From positions 1 through 64,000 of the forward strand of contig CP089278.1 of assembly GCA_023920165.1 (NCBI GenBank): 64,000 nucleotides of DNA, read 5' to 3'. This DNA is from Curvularia clavata. Its lineage: Eukaryota. The translations under genes and the position numbers were made by a program. Positions within the stretch are counted from its first letter, which is position 1, and each line of letters starts with the position of its first letter. Below are positions 25,000-38,178 of the stretch, piece by piece. The notes beneath the pieces are model-generated. The model ran no database searches. It was given only the letters and a program-made list of their open reading frames with translations, and had not been told where the DNA came from.

Positions 25000-25775
25000 G
25001 GCGAACTAATAGCGAGCGTGCTTACTATAAGGATCCTATCTCAATCGCGGCCTAGTATAAGCTAGTAGAAGATATCCGCCAGACGTATAGCGTTCTAGAT
25101 TGAGATATGTACAACTTTGACAAGACGAGATTCGCGATAGCCGTTGCTATAATGTTAAAGGTAGTTATAAGCTCTAAAAGAGTTAGTTAGGTAGTTATGA
25201 TACAGCTATGTTATTGTAAGTAGGTCATAGCAATCAAGTGCGTTAATGCGTCTAGCTGTCAGAAGCTCAGCTCTATACTATGAGGTTGTTGGTTCGATGT
25301 TAGCATAGTACGAGATGGACAAGAGAAAACTATACGTAAACAGTCGTATATTCACGAGACGAATCACTAGAGATCCTTTCTATCGATTACTAAAGGTTTA
25401 TAGTCTAAGCGCAACTCTTTATAACTAATACAGTAAGAACAAGGCCAGTTGGGACTGAATTGACCCAAATTGGGCCGGATCCTGACATATGCCACTAGGC
25501 TACTGCAACCAAAAGGTACGAGTAACAGCATTCTGCTGATCTCGGGCATAGAACAGTATATATACAGATGACCTCTGCTCTAGACTACCCCACACGTCAG
25601 CCTTGCCCAAGGGTCTGACATTAGCTAGTCTTTACTACTATTCGTAACTCTATCTAGTAAAGTTTACTAGGCTGGCTAGTATCACAATCTCCCACCTAAC
25701 TCGACTGTCGGTGTCTTAGACAACGGCTAAACAATAGACGAGCTTAGTGCAAAGTGGGTGAAGTACTTCAACTGT
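25000..25775 (+). mobile_element. Fot1/pogo-like DDE transposase relic, interrupted
   Basis: Decayed MYNFDKTRF (cf. YNFDETGF) near 25110 and LPPNSTVGV.DNG.T.DEL..KWVKYFN near 25690; split by a solo LTR. Confidence 0.7.
25279..25487 (-). mobile_element. Solo LTR related to the Gypsy LTRs
   Basis: 209 bp; reverse complement begins TGTCAGGATCCGGCCCAATTTGGG; flanks TATAC/TATGC fit a TSD with one RIP change. Confidence 0.82.
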
Positions 25776-26711
25776 AACAGTCCACCGTACAAGGCCCACT
25801 CGGGATGACAGCCGACATTAATCCGAACTAGATCTAAGTTAGGGGTGTACTTCTAGTGCAAGGGCTAACTTCCTTCTACTTCTCTTTAGTATATTGTTCA
25901 TATCCTTTTGTACTAGGCCTATAAGTGTCTACTGAATCTAAAGTATTCTTGCTATACCATTCGATTCTATGTACTTCTATTTGACACTATCTGCGAATAT
26001 AGATTCGACTGGTCTTGCTCACGATACTACAAGTACCATGAACCGCGCGTGAAATTGAGGCTCAATGGGCTTTTGTTTGATAGAAAGTAAAAATTGCTAG
26101 TTATAGGCCTTTTATACATTCACCAAACAAGTACGTTAGTTACATAGTTAAGTAGAAAGGTTTAACTTGCGCATAACTATTCCTAAAGTTTGAGTTCTCA
26201 TTGGCAACTACTACGCTTCTACATTTACCCGGGACAGTCATGTCGGGCGATCAAGGCCATGTTTTCTGATACGGGTAGGAGTGAGAAGGCATGATATGAT
26301 GCTGCTCAATTATCTTACAGCGCTAATGTCTGATATTTAGCAACAACTCTGGAAGCAGCTGCCGAATCCTCGGTCTCCGATGTCTACACTACGGCGACCA
26401 CTCAAGTGGAGTGCGACGGGGATTGTGAACAGACTCACGAACAGATTCAACTTGAATCTCCTCGCACCAGTATTTTTCGAGCTCTCTAATGACTGGAGGT
26501 GCGACAGTGAGGTTTAGGAGAACACAATGCAGACCGACTTTGCAATAATAGACTACGCAAGGCTTTGTATGAATTGTGAAAAGTAAGATCCTCCATTTAA
26601 ATCTAAATTGACATAAAATATTCGATAACTAACTACTCAAATCACACTGTTGAGCAAATGGCGGATCTGAAGTGTTTGCCACCTGGAATCTCCCAAGCCC
26701 CTGGCTTCATC

Positions 26712-28489
26712 CTACTTCAAAGCAGGCTTCACAACCGTGCCGGAAAATTGGTTACGAATCTGATCAGAGATACCAGACATGTCGCACAGATCCTTGTCGG
26801 ACGGGAACTCCGATCTGGGAACCCAGCTTCCATGGATTCCATTGCGTAGTCGGAACGGGAGCTCAATAATCGCAACCGGGCCTTTTGAGATATCGTTCGC
26901 ATCCAGAATAAGGATACTCGTCAGTTTGATATCGCGCCTGTTGGCCACAGTGATTAAATATCCGTCACCTTCATGGGCTATAGAGTGAGGGTCAATCTTG
27001 TGTAGCATTTCAAAACATGGTGCGCAAAAGACTCACCATCAGGGTTCTTTGGGATGAAGGCGACCTCGTGTAGAGCTGTATGCTCTCCAGCGGACCAGAT
27101 TTTGTATTTTCCCGTGTTGATATCAGCGACTACGAGAGAGTTATAAGTCCCACCGATCGGACTGTACGTTGCGTTCGGATCGTGAATGCAGAGAAAAAGT
27201 GTGTTGTACTTCTTGGTCAGAAACCGCTCGTCAATCTTAGGCATCTCGCCATCCAGATTGATCAGTTCAGTAGGCTGAACGTGGAAATCTGTTGCATTGG
27301 GATCAAGTTTCCAACGAACGTAATGGCTGTTTGGACGACCGTCGTTCTTGGGTTTGCTACTAGGATGGGTGAATGGATCTTCTCCCTGCGGCTCAAAAAA
27401 CCAGAACTTCCATGGAGTCAGCATTTGACTCTTTAGGTATTCCATATCCGTAACTGTAACTTGCCTTGTTGTAATAAGTCAATGGTGCGTCAAGATAAAT
27501 GCATCCATCCTCGCCTTCAAAAGCGTTTCCAGTGTGCCCGTAAAATGCGTTGTCGTAATAGAACCAGCGCACGTGTTCTGGCTTGGGGTTGCGCCGCGGC
27601 AAAATGCCGAAAGTTAGAGGTTTGTCCTCTGCCCAAGCGAAATTTTTTGAGCCCTTCTTGAGGAGCTCAACGGGTTGAGTTTCAAGGGGAATGAGAACGA
27701 AGACGACCCAGTTCTTCGTCGCTGACATGTCATGCATCATGCCCACATACGGGGTCTTGATCCAACATTCCTCAAGCTTATGGCCTTGTTTGTTGAACAA
27801 ATAATATGCAACATCATTTGTGGCGTCTCCCCGAGCCTCATAGCCCATAGTAATAAGTTCTCCGTTGTCAGGGTCAATCTTTGGGTGCGCAGTGAATGTC
27901 GGGGCTGTGTACTGTCCGCCAAAGTCATAAAGTTCTATGTCGCTGCTGTCAGATCAAATTACTAGTCTCATTCTCTAGTATAAGCTGATTTACCCTTGGT
28001 TTGCAGCGAGTCCGGGTCCATCGCATATGGCTTTGAGTCTTCTTTCAGTGCCAGTAGCTGATTCTCAAAGTAAATGACGTGCGTATTAGCTGTAGAGTGA
28101 ACCTCATGCTTCACTCTAGGATCATCTGTAAACCGGTTGCGATATTTACCAAAAACTGACTGCCTTGCGGCTCTTTCGATTAGGAATTTCTGAGTTCGGA
28201 CGTACTTTTGCTTGAAATCCGCATGGCCATCTCTGATCCGGATTGCATCGATAGCACCGTCACCATTGATGAAAACGTCATCATCATATAAAGGTGCCCA
28301 CGACCAATCAGGCATACATCGATAATACGTTCCATCAACTTCCTTGGGAATATTCCCTCGCACCACACAATTATAGATCTCTGCCTCGAAGCGGCAAGGA
28401 GCTTCGTGTTCACGAAAAAAAGGCGTATCCGGAAAGCCAACTTCCGGTGCTGGTGTTAGCACCTTCTCTGACTGGAGGATGCCGTCCAT
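26712..28489 (-). CDS. Carotenoid oxygenase family, lignostilbene-alpha,beta-dioxygenase-like
   Basis: GTYYR, INGDG, STANTH, LALKED, TAHPK, MMHD, GHTG, GIHGSW; three introns, one of them GC-AG. Confidence 0.9.
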
Positions 28490-28816
28490 GTTATATTAGA
28501 ATACAGGACGCGATATAAGATGATATGGAGTGATTATGTATCTGAGAAAGCCAGTCGTGAGTTTATATGTGACGATGATTATGGTTAAGCACTAGCGGTT
28601 TCCAGCTAGCTGCTGTAGCTCTCAATATTTTGGCCGAGATTTAATGATACCAAAGCCGAGGTTTGTTCGGTGACCGAGCTTTCTCGTGATTTGTCCATGT
28701 GAAGCCCTTGGTCTAACCTAATCGGTAGTGCGGAGACCGCCCAAACGATGCTGCATGTCTGCAACCTCCCGGTTTTTTAATGTAGACGACAGGAAGTCCT
28801 TTTCAGATTCAAGACT

Positions 28817-29971
28817 ATGCTTGAAGACAGTCTTGAGCCACGCACTGTGATAAGCTCCGAGATGCAAAGCAAAGATTATTATTTCAAGCAAGTAGATGAC
28901 AGCCACATCGGTGCAACTGTGCACTGGAAGCCAACAGAAGATGAAACAGTCACCCAGAAGTATGGAATATGTGAGTTATATCATAAACTACATGGCTAAT
29001 TCGCTGATTGCTCCAGGCCTTGCATTCCATGGAGGCGGCTTTGTTGTCGGCTCTAGACACATGATTCCCAACACTGAGGTCCACTATCTTTGCGATAGAA
29101 ATTACGTCGTTGTGTCGGTAGACTACCGCCTGTGTCCGCAGATTGGTCTACGTGAGGTTATACAAGATGGAGTTGATGCTTTCTCCTGGTGTCAGACGGA
29201 TCTCCCTAGCATAATCCGTGATGACGCTGGCATTGAATTGGATGTCGACAGGATTGTGGTACTCGGGCAGTCTGCTGGTAGTCTCTTGGCCCTGCACTTG
29301 GTAAGTAGAAGTGTCTTATTGCTAAATGCATCTTCTCCAGAAACTCAGATTACATTTTGGTAACACTTTACCAGGGAAGTCTTCCAGACCCACCCAAAGC
29401 AATTCTTGACTTCTATGGTGTTAAGTACATCAGCGATGACTTCTGGTACACTCCACTGCCTGCACTCAATAACCTGCCTTCGTTTGAGAAGGCCTTTCTG
29501 AATAGGATCCATGACGAGCCTACTCTAACCACAACAGCGACATCTTTGGAAAGAGTCGCTCCCGCGACAAGCGCAGCTAGTCAGAGACCCCAAAGAGGCA
29601 TGCCCGCACCAGATCTTTCGCTACCTCGGAATGCATGGCTCTTCACGGCGCTGAAGAATGGAGAGCACATGGCTGCCGTGCTGAAAGATTCCCTTCCGCA
29701 TGAGGTCGAGCCAACCTTGGCATTCAGTCCTCAATTCCCTCCAACTGTGTTTGTTCACGGTGAAGCAGACACCATGATACCTTGCACCATCAGTGAGAAA
29801 GCACATAAGGCCCTTGAATACCATGGTGTTCAAACACAGCTCTTGATCTTCCAAAACCAAAACCACGGATTTGATGCTGGCATAAGTAAAAACGAAATTG
29901 AGTGGGAAAAGGTCCAGCAAGCGCTTGATTTCCTCGTCTGCAACGGAAATCGAACAGGAAGTCAATGTTAG
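28817..29971 (+). CDS. Alpha/beta hydrolase (HSL-like esterase)
   Basis: FHGGG, VDYRLCP, GQSAG, HGEAD, HGFD; two introns; divergent from the dioxygenase. Start codon uncertain. Confidence 0.85.
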
Positions 29972-30619
29972 AAGCTAAAGAAAGCGAATTTAGGCAGAAG
30001 GGATCTTGATAGTTAAAGCTAGGGCGCGATTGAATGCTCTTTAGGACTTTAGGGTGCGTAGTGATAGGAAGAAGTCAAAGAACTAGAAGCGCGCTAAAGG
30101 GGGGAAACCGTCTCAATGGTGGTGTGGACGGTGCAATAGGACTAGACATAACGCGCAAACGTGTAAGTAAGTAGCAGAAGTGGTATCTGAATAATATCTC
30201 GTATCGCATTGCACTATACGGGCCTGAAGTAGACTGTTTTAGGCCATGTTATGGTAGTTTTGGTGAGGACTTGGCAAAAGTATCTGGCCAAGCCGTGAGG
30301 TACGTAGCTAATATTCCTGGCTGTATATAGCTTTACAAGAAACCTTTTAGGCGTGATTTAGTGGGGTTATAGTTAATCAAAGTACAAGAGGTGCGCAAAG
30401 TTGGTGAGGTGGCCCGCTCGCTTGTAAAACACGTTACAGTATAAGTAGCGCCGAGGTTCCGTTATAACCGCTTGTGGTAACCAGTCAATCAGTATATTCT
30501 GGCAATGCTTGTTGGGAGGATTAGGATGCTTAAAATGGAGACAGCAGATCCAATTCACGGTTCACATGACTTCGCAGAAAGACCTTATGGTGTTTGGCTT
30601 CAGCTATGCAGTACTATAC

Positions 30620-31225
30620 TTTGATATGTTGTCGATTCGCCAAAGCCGCAGCAGTAGATGTTCCTTCGTATGCCTAATGGTGATCTGGAGCTTCGAAAAC
30701 TTTCAAAAACACGACCATATCATGGATCTCGTACGTCCAAAGAATCTGATATTTACACTAAACTGCTATAGACGCCAAGGTGGTAGTGTGGTCAGTGACA
30801 TATCGACACCAAAAAACAAGCGCTGCCTTTTAGGCCGATTTTCTTCCATATGAGCCTTGTTGATGTGGTGCGCAAAGTAAAATGCGTATGGATATCAACA
30901 AGTAAGTAGTTACTCCCAATTTTGTGATCTGTTTTCCAAACGGATCCCAATCCGGCTAGTCATAAAGCAACATGTCCTTGTCAACCGGGCTTAGAGTTTG
31001 AGAGTCATTAATAACAATGCCTACCAGACCTAGTGTTTTCATAGACCTTCGAACTCCAGGTACAGTATTTGTAAGGACTTGAATGTTGGGTGACGCAATT
31101 CCAGCAAACGAGATAGGGTTGTTTGTTATGTCCGCTGCAAGACGGTCGTTTTCCTGTCTGGCCAGAGCTTGAACTTTAGGATCTCTCATACCTTGGGGCC
31201 CAGGAGATACCGGAGAAAGAATCAT
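30620..31225 (-). pseudogene. Amidohydrolase-2 family aromatic acid decarboxylase relic
   Basis: ILSPVSPGPQG..ALARQENDRLAADI..P.SFAGIA..R.MKTLGLVGIVINDSQ resembles dihydroxybenzoate decarboxylases; stop and frameshifts downstream. Confidence 0.6.
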
Positions 31226-31600
31226 GAACGCGAAATCACTTGTTTTCGTTCTTCCCAGTCGCCTTCTGTGGACATTGTAAGTCGCATGACTGTAATACGA
31301 AGTGGTCGTCTGGTAGTGATTCTAAAAGCCACATTAATGAGGCCAAGCTGGTTAGATATTGATTGTGCAGAAGTAAACTCCAAACATGATGTTTTGTATG
31401 TCTGATACATTGTATTGACGCACAATCCAATGAAATTTTCTTTATTTCTAAACTTCTGAGTTAGATGGAGGCATAGAAAACAAGTTCCAGATGGGTCTAT
31501 CCTTCGTCAAATGCTTAGAGCTACGATCATCGTGCCCGCCGAGACCCCCCTTAACCTGCAACTAAGTAGACAATACCAAGCTTAGCACTTGCTTGTCACG

Positions 31601-33416
31601 CTATGGCTGCCGCTTCTTTGCGACAACACGGACTTTGGGTCGAATCAACACAAATGAATCTGTCGGCGTGTATCCCTTAGTTACTTCACCTATGGGGTCG
31701 TCGAATTCCATGTCAAAATCTAATATAAGTACTGCAATGACAAGAGTCATCTCTATATACGCCATGCTTGAATGTAATCTGTCAGAGACTTATTCAAGAT
31801 CGTATACAGAGAAGGAAACTTACTTTCTACCCAGGCACGATCGTGGCCCTTTCGAGAAGGGAGAGAAAACATTCATATCTCTCATGGTTTTATCACCACT
31901 AAGCCAGCGCTCAGGGATGAACTCTCGTGGTTTCTGGAAATACAGAGGATTTCTGTGTAGTGACAAGTTGGAGACACCCACCTCAGTCTAGGTGTAGGTT
32001 CTGTGAGTTTGGGGCTGGCAACGTATCTCGATTGGTAGTCAACTCACACCAGGTGGAAGTATAACTTCGTGGAGAATAAATGAATGAGACGAATTAATGA
32101 CTTGGCGCGGAATGTATCCTGAGTTGGGCGGGAACATCCGCAGGCCTTCGTCAATAACGGCTCGAAGGTATGGAAGATGTTGAGCCTCCAGCCAAGTAAT
32201 CTCGTCAATGCATTTGAATTTGGATCTGACTTCCTCAGATAAAGTCTTGTAGACCTGTTTGTCAGCCATAAGGTGCCATAAAATAGTAAGTAGAGCTGTT
32301 GAGGTAGTGTCAGACCCTGCAATGAAGAGTATAATAGCTTCTCCGAACAATTCTTTGTCTGGAAACCCATGGTCGGTCCCAGGCTTCGTGGCTGTCAATA
32401 GGTATTGGAATATGTCTTCTTTACGTAGATCATTCTTCCTCTGCTTAATCATTGCACCAATGGCTCTCTAGTAGTTGTGAGTCCTGTGCCCGCATGAGAG
32501 GTGTGAGACTAACCTGAGCTGGATATCGGCGGGTTGTGAACTTATTAGACATCAACCTAATAACTTTTTGCAAGAGTGGCCACCTCCAAAGCGTCCCTTC
32601 CTATTTTGAGTGGTGGAATGAGCTTATGATTTACTGCGAACTACAAGGAGCATTGATACTTACCAATGACACCCATTTTGCAGCTTGCACCAAACCCTCG
32701 CTAACTCTCGCCTTCTCTGCTGGATTGTGGATCAAATCAAAGGTCTCACCAAAGCAGACGTCAGAGAGAATATCTATAGTCAGTGCCGAAAGCAAGTCAT
32801 CGAGGTATATCGTTTGTTGTAGAGCCATGAAATCGTAGAGGCGGTTTATATGTTTCATAAACGTTGTCTCCATCGCTTCCAGCTTTTTTTGAGCAAATGC
32901 ATGAGATATGATTGATCTTTTCTCCTTGAATGCATCTCCAACAGCCGCAAAGCTGCTTTCGAACCCGGGTGCGAAGGCCTTGTAGAATGGAGACTTGTTA
33001 ATTGGTGATGTTGCAGAAAAGATCTTCTGCAGACCTTCTTTTGAATTCACAGACACAGTGTTTGGCCCTATCCGAATGATGGGGCCTGCATAAAGTTCAG
33101 TACTCGCGCTTTGGCTAGGTAATGACATGGACTCACCATATCTGTCGTGAAGGTGGCAGAGTTTGATGTGGCGGGTTCCGGTATAGACCTGGTAGGCGTG
33201 CCAAAAGTCGGAAAACTTTGCGAGAAATGGCCCTGGAACTCGAGCAAGGGGATGAAAGGCGACACAGTAGAAAATTGACTAGACCGCCAAGTTAATGATG
33301 GAAGTGGAACACGTTGCCATGAGACTTACAATGCATAGCGCAGCTAGAAGGGAAATTAGAAGATTTCGAGTAGAGTCAAGAGGATAAATCTCGAACCTCA
33401 GAGACGGAAAAAACAT
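31601..33416 (-). CDS. Cytochrome P450
   Basis: HPLARVPGP, GPIIRIGPN, AGSDTT (I-helix), EGLR, FIPERW, FSPFSKGPRSCLG (heme); multi-exon. Confidence 0.92.
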
Positions 33417-33736
33417 AGCTGCTCAGGAGCGAGGAAAGTCAGTTAATGTCTTGCTATCTTAGCGATCCAACCTAGAATCATTCGAGGCTCTTTGCATATG
33501 TAGACGTGGTCTGGTGTCTCGGGGTTGCCTTCGGACCCACAAGTGCGGCTGCCGCTCATGGTCCGGAATGGAACGGACATGTGCTTTCGGTGTCCGCTCT
33601 GATTTGCACTCCCATCCTGCCTCCTGCATCCAGTAGCGGCCGATCTAAGCTACTCGCCAGGGGTTTAAACCATCCCTGGCTCCCATTCATCTGCTAGAAC
33701 CGAGCCACCGATCTTTATCTCGTGTTTCTGCTTTCA

Positions 33737-34560
33737 ACGTAACGTGACGCATGGGTAGTTAAGCGAGTCAGTCAGTCAGGTAGACAAGCGGGTCGGTTAC
33801 CCCACCAACTTTGATCACCAACCTCACTTTTGCATACAATGCCTAACCAATATAAGTGTTACAAACCTGACAGAGGAGGACAACGTAAGATATAGAAAGA
33901 GAATACGATAAAGTCTATATTACGACTTAACCAATATTGTAACTATGCATAGACCAAACCCTATCTCAGCCAGGATAGCTTATTAAGATCTAATAAAGAC
34001 CCGCACTTAGATATAAGTACTAAATACCTGTTATAGATATTTATGTTACGAATAAGCGAAGCTGCTTACGACCTACAGGGTAGTATTCAGTTTCGAGGAT
34101 GCGGCACAGAAGGTGCTACGCCGCAGCCGCCAGAATCCTTCTTAACCACGCCGCATATCACGTGACTGATCGTCCACGATCGGCTAACTGAGGAACCAAC
34201 CAGGAGTGATCGTACACGATTATACTACCGATCGTACACAATTACTATCCCCACTAATCAGAGTATACTATCTTTCTAATTGTGAAGGGCTTCGCCCGTG
34301 ACTTGACCAGAAGGTCATGTGATAGAAAGCCACGTGACTTAGGCCTACCTTCGTACGGCCGCCAAGCATCTACACGTGCCCCTACCACGTAACCTTACCT
34401 CTCGTACAAGAGGTACAAAAGGAGCTACGTAGATAGATCTTCTTTCTCTTTATCTTTCTTCTTCTGTATAATAGATGAATGCATACTCGTTAGCTAGGCC
34501 TCTCCGCCCATAACACTAATCGTACACGATTGCTGTATTAACCGTATACAATTACAACGT
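33737..34560. mobile_element. Decayed pogo/Fot1-like termini
   Basis: AAGCGAGTC/AAGCGGGTCGG motifs before ATGCCT; repeated ATCGTACACGATT motifs from 34170 to 34555, ending in ACGT; hosts a solo LTR. Confidence 0.4.
34281..34515 (+). mobile_element. Solo LTR (235 bp)
   Basis: TGTGAAG...CCATAACA; TSD CTAAT (34276-34280, 34516-34520). Confidence 0.87.
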
Positions 34561-34683
34561 TCACTTAGTATATAGCAATAGGCATCGAACTCTTATAGCT
34601 TGATGTGTTTAACTTAAGTTATAAGTATAAGTACAATATACAAGTTACTCGCAGAACTTTTATTCATCATACACTGTTGCCTT

Positions 34684-35055
34684 TGTCAAAGTATGGGGTG
34701 GCTACTTGTTCTACTAGTAGCAGACTCAGAGGTAGCTTGACCAAAGACTTGAGTAAGTAGTATATGCTAGGGGAGAGGGACAAAGTAGTCAGAGTAGTCA
34801 AGTTAGACAGTCTGTTTTGATTGTAGTGATCCGCTCTAGTTTCTATCTACTGGCTATTCTACTACTATATATATTAGCTGGAGTAGATTCTAGAAGAATC
34901 TATCTAGTAGTAGCTTGCGTAATCTTTAGCGTTATAGACAGATGTCTATAGATCGATTATAGTCTTGATAGATCGACTATAGATTTAGTTGATTCTGGGT
35001 GTAGTAGTACGCACCCAGATACTATAGATCAGCCGACTAGCTTAGATCTACAAAA
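34684..35055. mobile_element. Solo LTR, relative of 10281-10635
   Basis: Long near-identical blocks (TGTCAAAGTATGGGG...GATCGACTATAGATT); right end and TSD unclear. Confidence 0.78.
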
Positions 35056-35375
35056 ACTTCAACTTAATTTTTTCTATAACAATATATCGCAATGCTTTAT
35101 GATTTACACACAGATTAAAGAGCGTATTAAAATTGCTATCACTAAGTTAAATAGTAGTACCTATGTAAATATACGCGTAGCAACAGACTGTATGTAAGAG
35201 GTTTGGTAGGTAGAAATAAGAATATCAAGAATAGTATTAAGACGAATTCTTGAGGATTCCCCTAACCAATATGAAGCGCGATTCGTACCCCGAATCGCGC
35301 CTTATATTAGTGAGGATAATAGTGCAGAATAACCACGCGTGCAGGCTACTTTTCAAGTACTTATGGTGCAATATC

Positions 35376-36487
35376 TTAGTTTCTGACATGTATAGGTCCA
35401 GTCTCCTCAATCCTATACACATACTTTACAGCACTAGCTTTCCCATCCCGTAGATTCTGTAGACCTGTAATCACTCCCTTGAGCCCGCCAGGCACAACCT
35501 CGTAAGGGTGGCCCCTCAGCTTCCTACTCTCCAGTAATTGCTCCATATAGGTACTCCATACAAACGCAAAGTCCTTGTCTATATTGAAAATCCTCCCTAC
35601 CTTGATAGTCCTAGCCTTGACGCCCTCTGGGTACTTAAACGCCTCTTTGTCGCGCGCAAACATCTCTGGGGGCAACACGGTCGCTACCGCGCCGCCGTTT
35701 GGATCGATAATTTTTGTTGCAAGTTCTAGGGAGCCCTGCTCCGAGATAGCGTCGAATACAGTAGGAACCTTTCTTCCAAGTCCTTCTTGTTCCAATATTG
35801 CTTCGATAGCGGCAAGTACCTTAGTGTCGCTTTGGCGGTAGTCGATAACATAATCGACCAGAGTTATTGCGTACTCTTTAGCCCGTCCAGCGATGCCAAT
35901 GATGGGACTCATTCCCGCGAGGCGCGCGAATTTGGCGACAAAAGCCCCGACCGCTGTGGTTACACCATAGATGAGGAGAGGTCTCTTTTTGCCGGCTTCC
36001 TCGTCGGGCATGGGGATGAAGGGTGCACGGATGTCGAGGTCTATAAATAGCCCCACTGCAGCCGTAAAGGCTGCCGTAGGTATCGTAGATGCTTCTTCGA
36101 ACGACAAGTTGGTAGGAAAATGGGAAGTTGCCTGCACGGCTGCAACAGCATACTCAGCGTATGCACCGTCTGCAGTGAGAGGCTGGTGGTAAGCGAAGAC
36201 GCGGTCGCCGGGTTTGAAGTTGCGGACTGAGCCGCCGACAGAGTGGACAACACCGGCAACGTCGTCGCCCGAGTTGTGAGGGTTATTATACCTAGAAATA
36301 TAAGCCTCGCTGACATGCTGCATAAGCGTTGTAGGAATAGCTACCAGGCTGTCATTTTCCAGTCTTTGGGGTTGGAAGCCGCGGTGACTACTTTGATCAC
36401 AACTTGATCAGGCTTTGGTATAGGAATTGGGGTATCAACAAATTCAACAGCCTCGAGGGAGGTCTGAACAATGGCTTGAATGGGCAT
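35376..36487 (-). CDS. Medium-chain reductase, trans-enoyl reductase-like
   Basis: MPIQAIVQ..SNPKDWK, intron, GDDVAGVV, GAYAEY, LLIYGVTTAVG, GKASAVKYVYRI. Confidence 0.88.
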
Positions 36488-37980
36488 GAGGGCTGGCAGT
36501 GTTTCAACGGCCTATGACCCGATGTTGGGGTTTGAATGTTGTGAGGATGTAAGAAAGAGAGTAGCAAGAGGTACCTATTCCATCTGTTATGCACTCAAAC
36601 TGCACGCTTTATAGTTTTTATCTTGCCATGGACGATAAGATTGTAGTTATTACTTACTGAGTCGAGCTAACTCTCTGGTCTCATGAAGTGGTAGGAAACG
36701 CAATGCAATTGCGCCGAATTTCGTCCTTGAATCGTTATTCGTCCGAAATAGGCTGGCGAACGGATCTCCTACCTTGCGCTCTTTGCCGGGTTCGGTACTG
36801 CCCAGATTATATCCCAGAGAGTGTTCCTAATGGCACTGCAGTGGTTGAATGTTATGTAAGCTCCACTGTAACCGATCTTATACTAAAGATGCAGGCAATG
36901 CGCTGGCACCGACGAGACGGCAGTGGATTTGATGGTCATCGACGGAGGGGATAATAATTGGGAGCAGTTTGCACAATACAGCGAACTTGTGTGAATAGAC
37001 TTGAATTCCCCACGAATATCACGAATGCCACGCACGCCACGTATGCCATGTATTTCACATATGCATCGCGGACTACATGTTAAAGCCTTTAGCGCCACAA
37101 CTGATTTTGTATTACTTTGACTAGTTAGTTATGCAACAATTACCCCACACAGCTCTACCCATCTATCTTTACGCGCTTGCTGTAAAGTCACGCCGCAGGT
37201 AACGAGATGTCTTGCGTGACGAGAAATGCGTGGGGTACCTCCACTTCACCTAGAACCACACACGCTCAACATTATGTGTCGATGATCAGTCAACTTCCCG
37301 TGCCATTATTGTGCTTTGCACTGGATTACATATCCTCCGAGCTATATCAAAGGTTATGTAAGGCCGCAATAGCATTGTATAGCATGCATAGAGAAATCTA
37401 GATTAAGTTTAAGAACGTTTACTACATAAGTTGAGGAGTATTTTCGCTTTATACAAAAGCAGTTCTTTACCAGCAACCAAGATCCATCACTAACTCCTGG
37501 AGTCTCATCAGACACACCTAGCTGATCTTAAAAGTAACCTGTTCTGTTGCTTTATGAGTATATGCCAGAGAAATTCGTTGCATACAACTATGCTTTGTGC
37601 GATCATTGCATCAGGATGTTTGGTGTGTTTTCACCCAAGGAAAGAAATACTTTCGAGCTTCCGGAACGTCTCTTGTTAGTAAGCTTAGTATACCCTATAG
37701 TTATTCCGCCAGTTCAATCCCCATACCATATAAATTAATGTCGTAAAGAGAACTAGTCGGAATAAACGCACTAAAAGGCTAGTACATGTAATTCTACTTT
37801 CTAGAAGAAGAACCATATAGGCACATCTTATCTTATGAGATTCTACATGTATTACAGCCATCGAAGCCGAATAATATTCTTGTAGCGAGCTTGTAGTTTG
37901 GTATCAGGAGAGAAAGCTGAAATGCCGACATGCCGACAGGTCGGCGGTCTAACCGGTCCTCAAATCATACTGCTAGAAGT

Positions 37981-38056
37981 CGGACAGATTTTATCGGACA
38001 GATTTTATCGGACAGATTTTACCGGACAAATTTTACCGGACAGATCTTACTGGACA
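37981..38056 (+). repeat. 14-bp promoter tandem repeat CGGACAGATTTTAY, about 5.4 copies
   Basis: Units at 37981, 37995, 38009, 38023 and 38037; TATATAAA at about 38066; ATG at 38179. Confidence 0.92.
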
Positions 38057-38178
38057 TGTCAAGTTTATATAAAGAGTAATTTTCATATACTGAAGGTATA
38101 TCTTGCTGTAGTTATGTTACATTCTGTTCTCATCCATTAATTTTCTTTTGAATTCAAGTTTTCGCACTCTTCTGCAGG

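Noticed and set aside
28630..28680. Three CCGAG motifs in the dioxygenase/esterase divergent promoter
   Set aside because: Plausible Zn2Cys6 sites but too short to separate from chance.
26712..36487. Secondary-metabolite biosynthetic cluster
   Set aside because: No PKS, NRPS or terpene synthase backbone in the window; a catabolic reading is simpler, though a lost backbone cannot be excluded.
37981..38056. CRISPR-like array
   Set aside because: No unique spacers, eukaryotic context, no cas genes.
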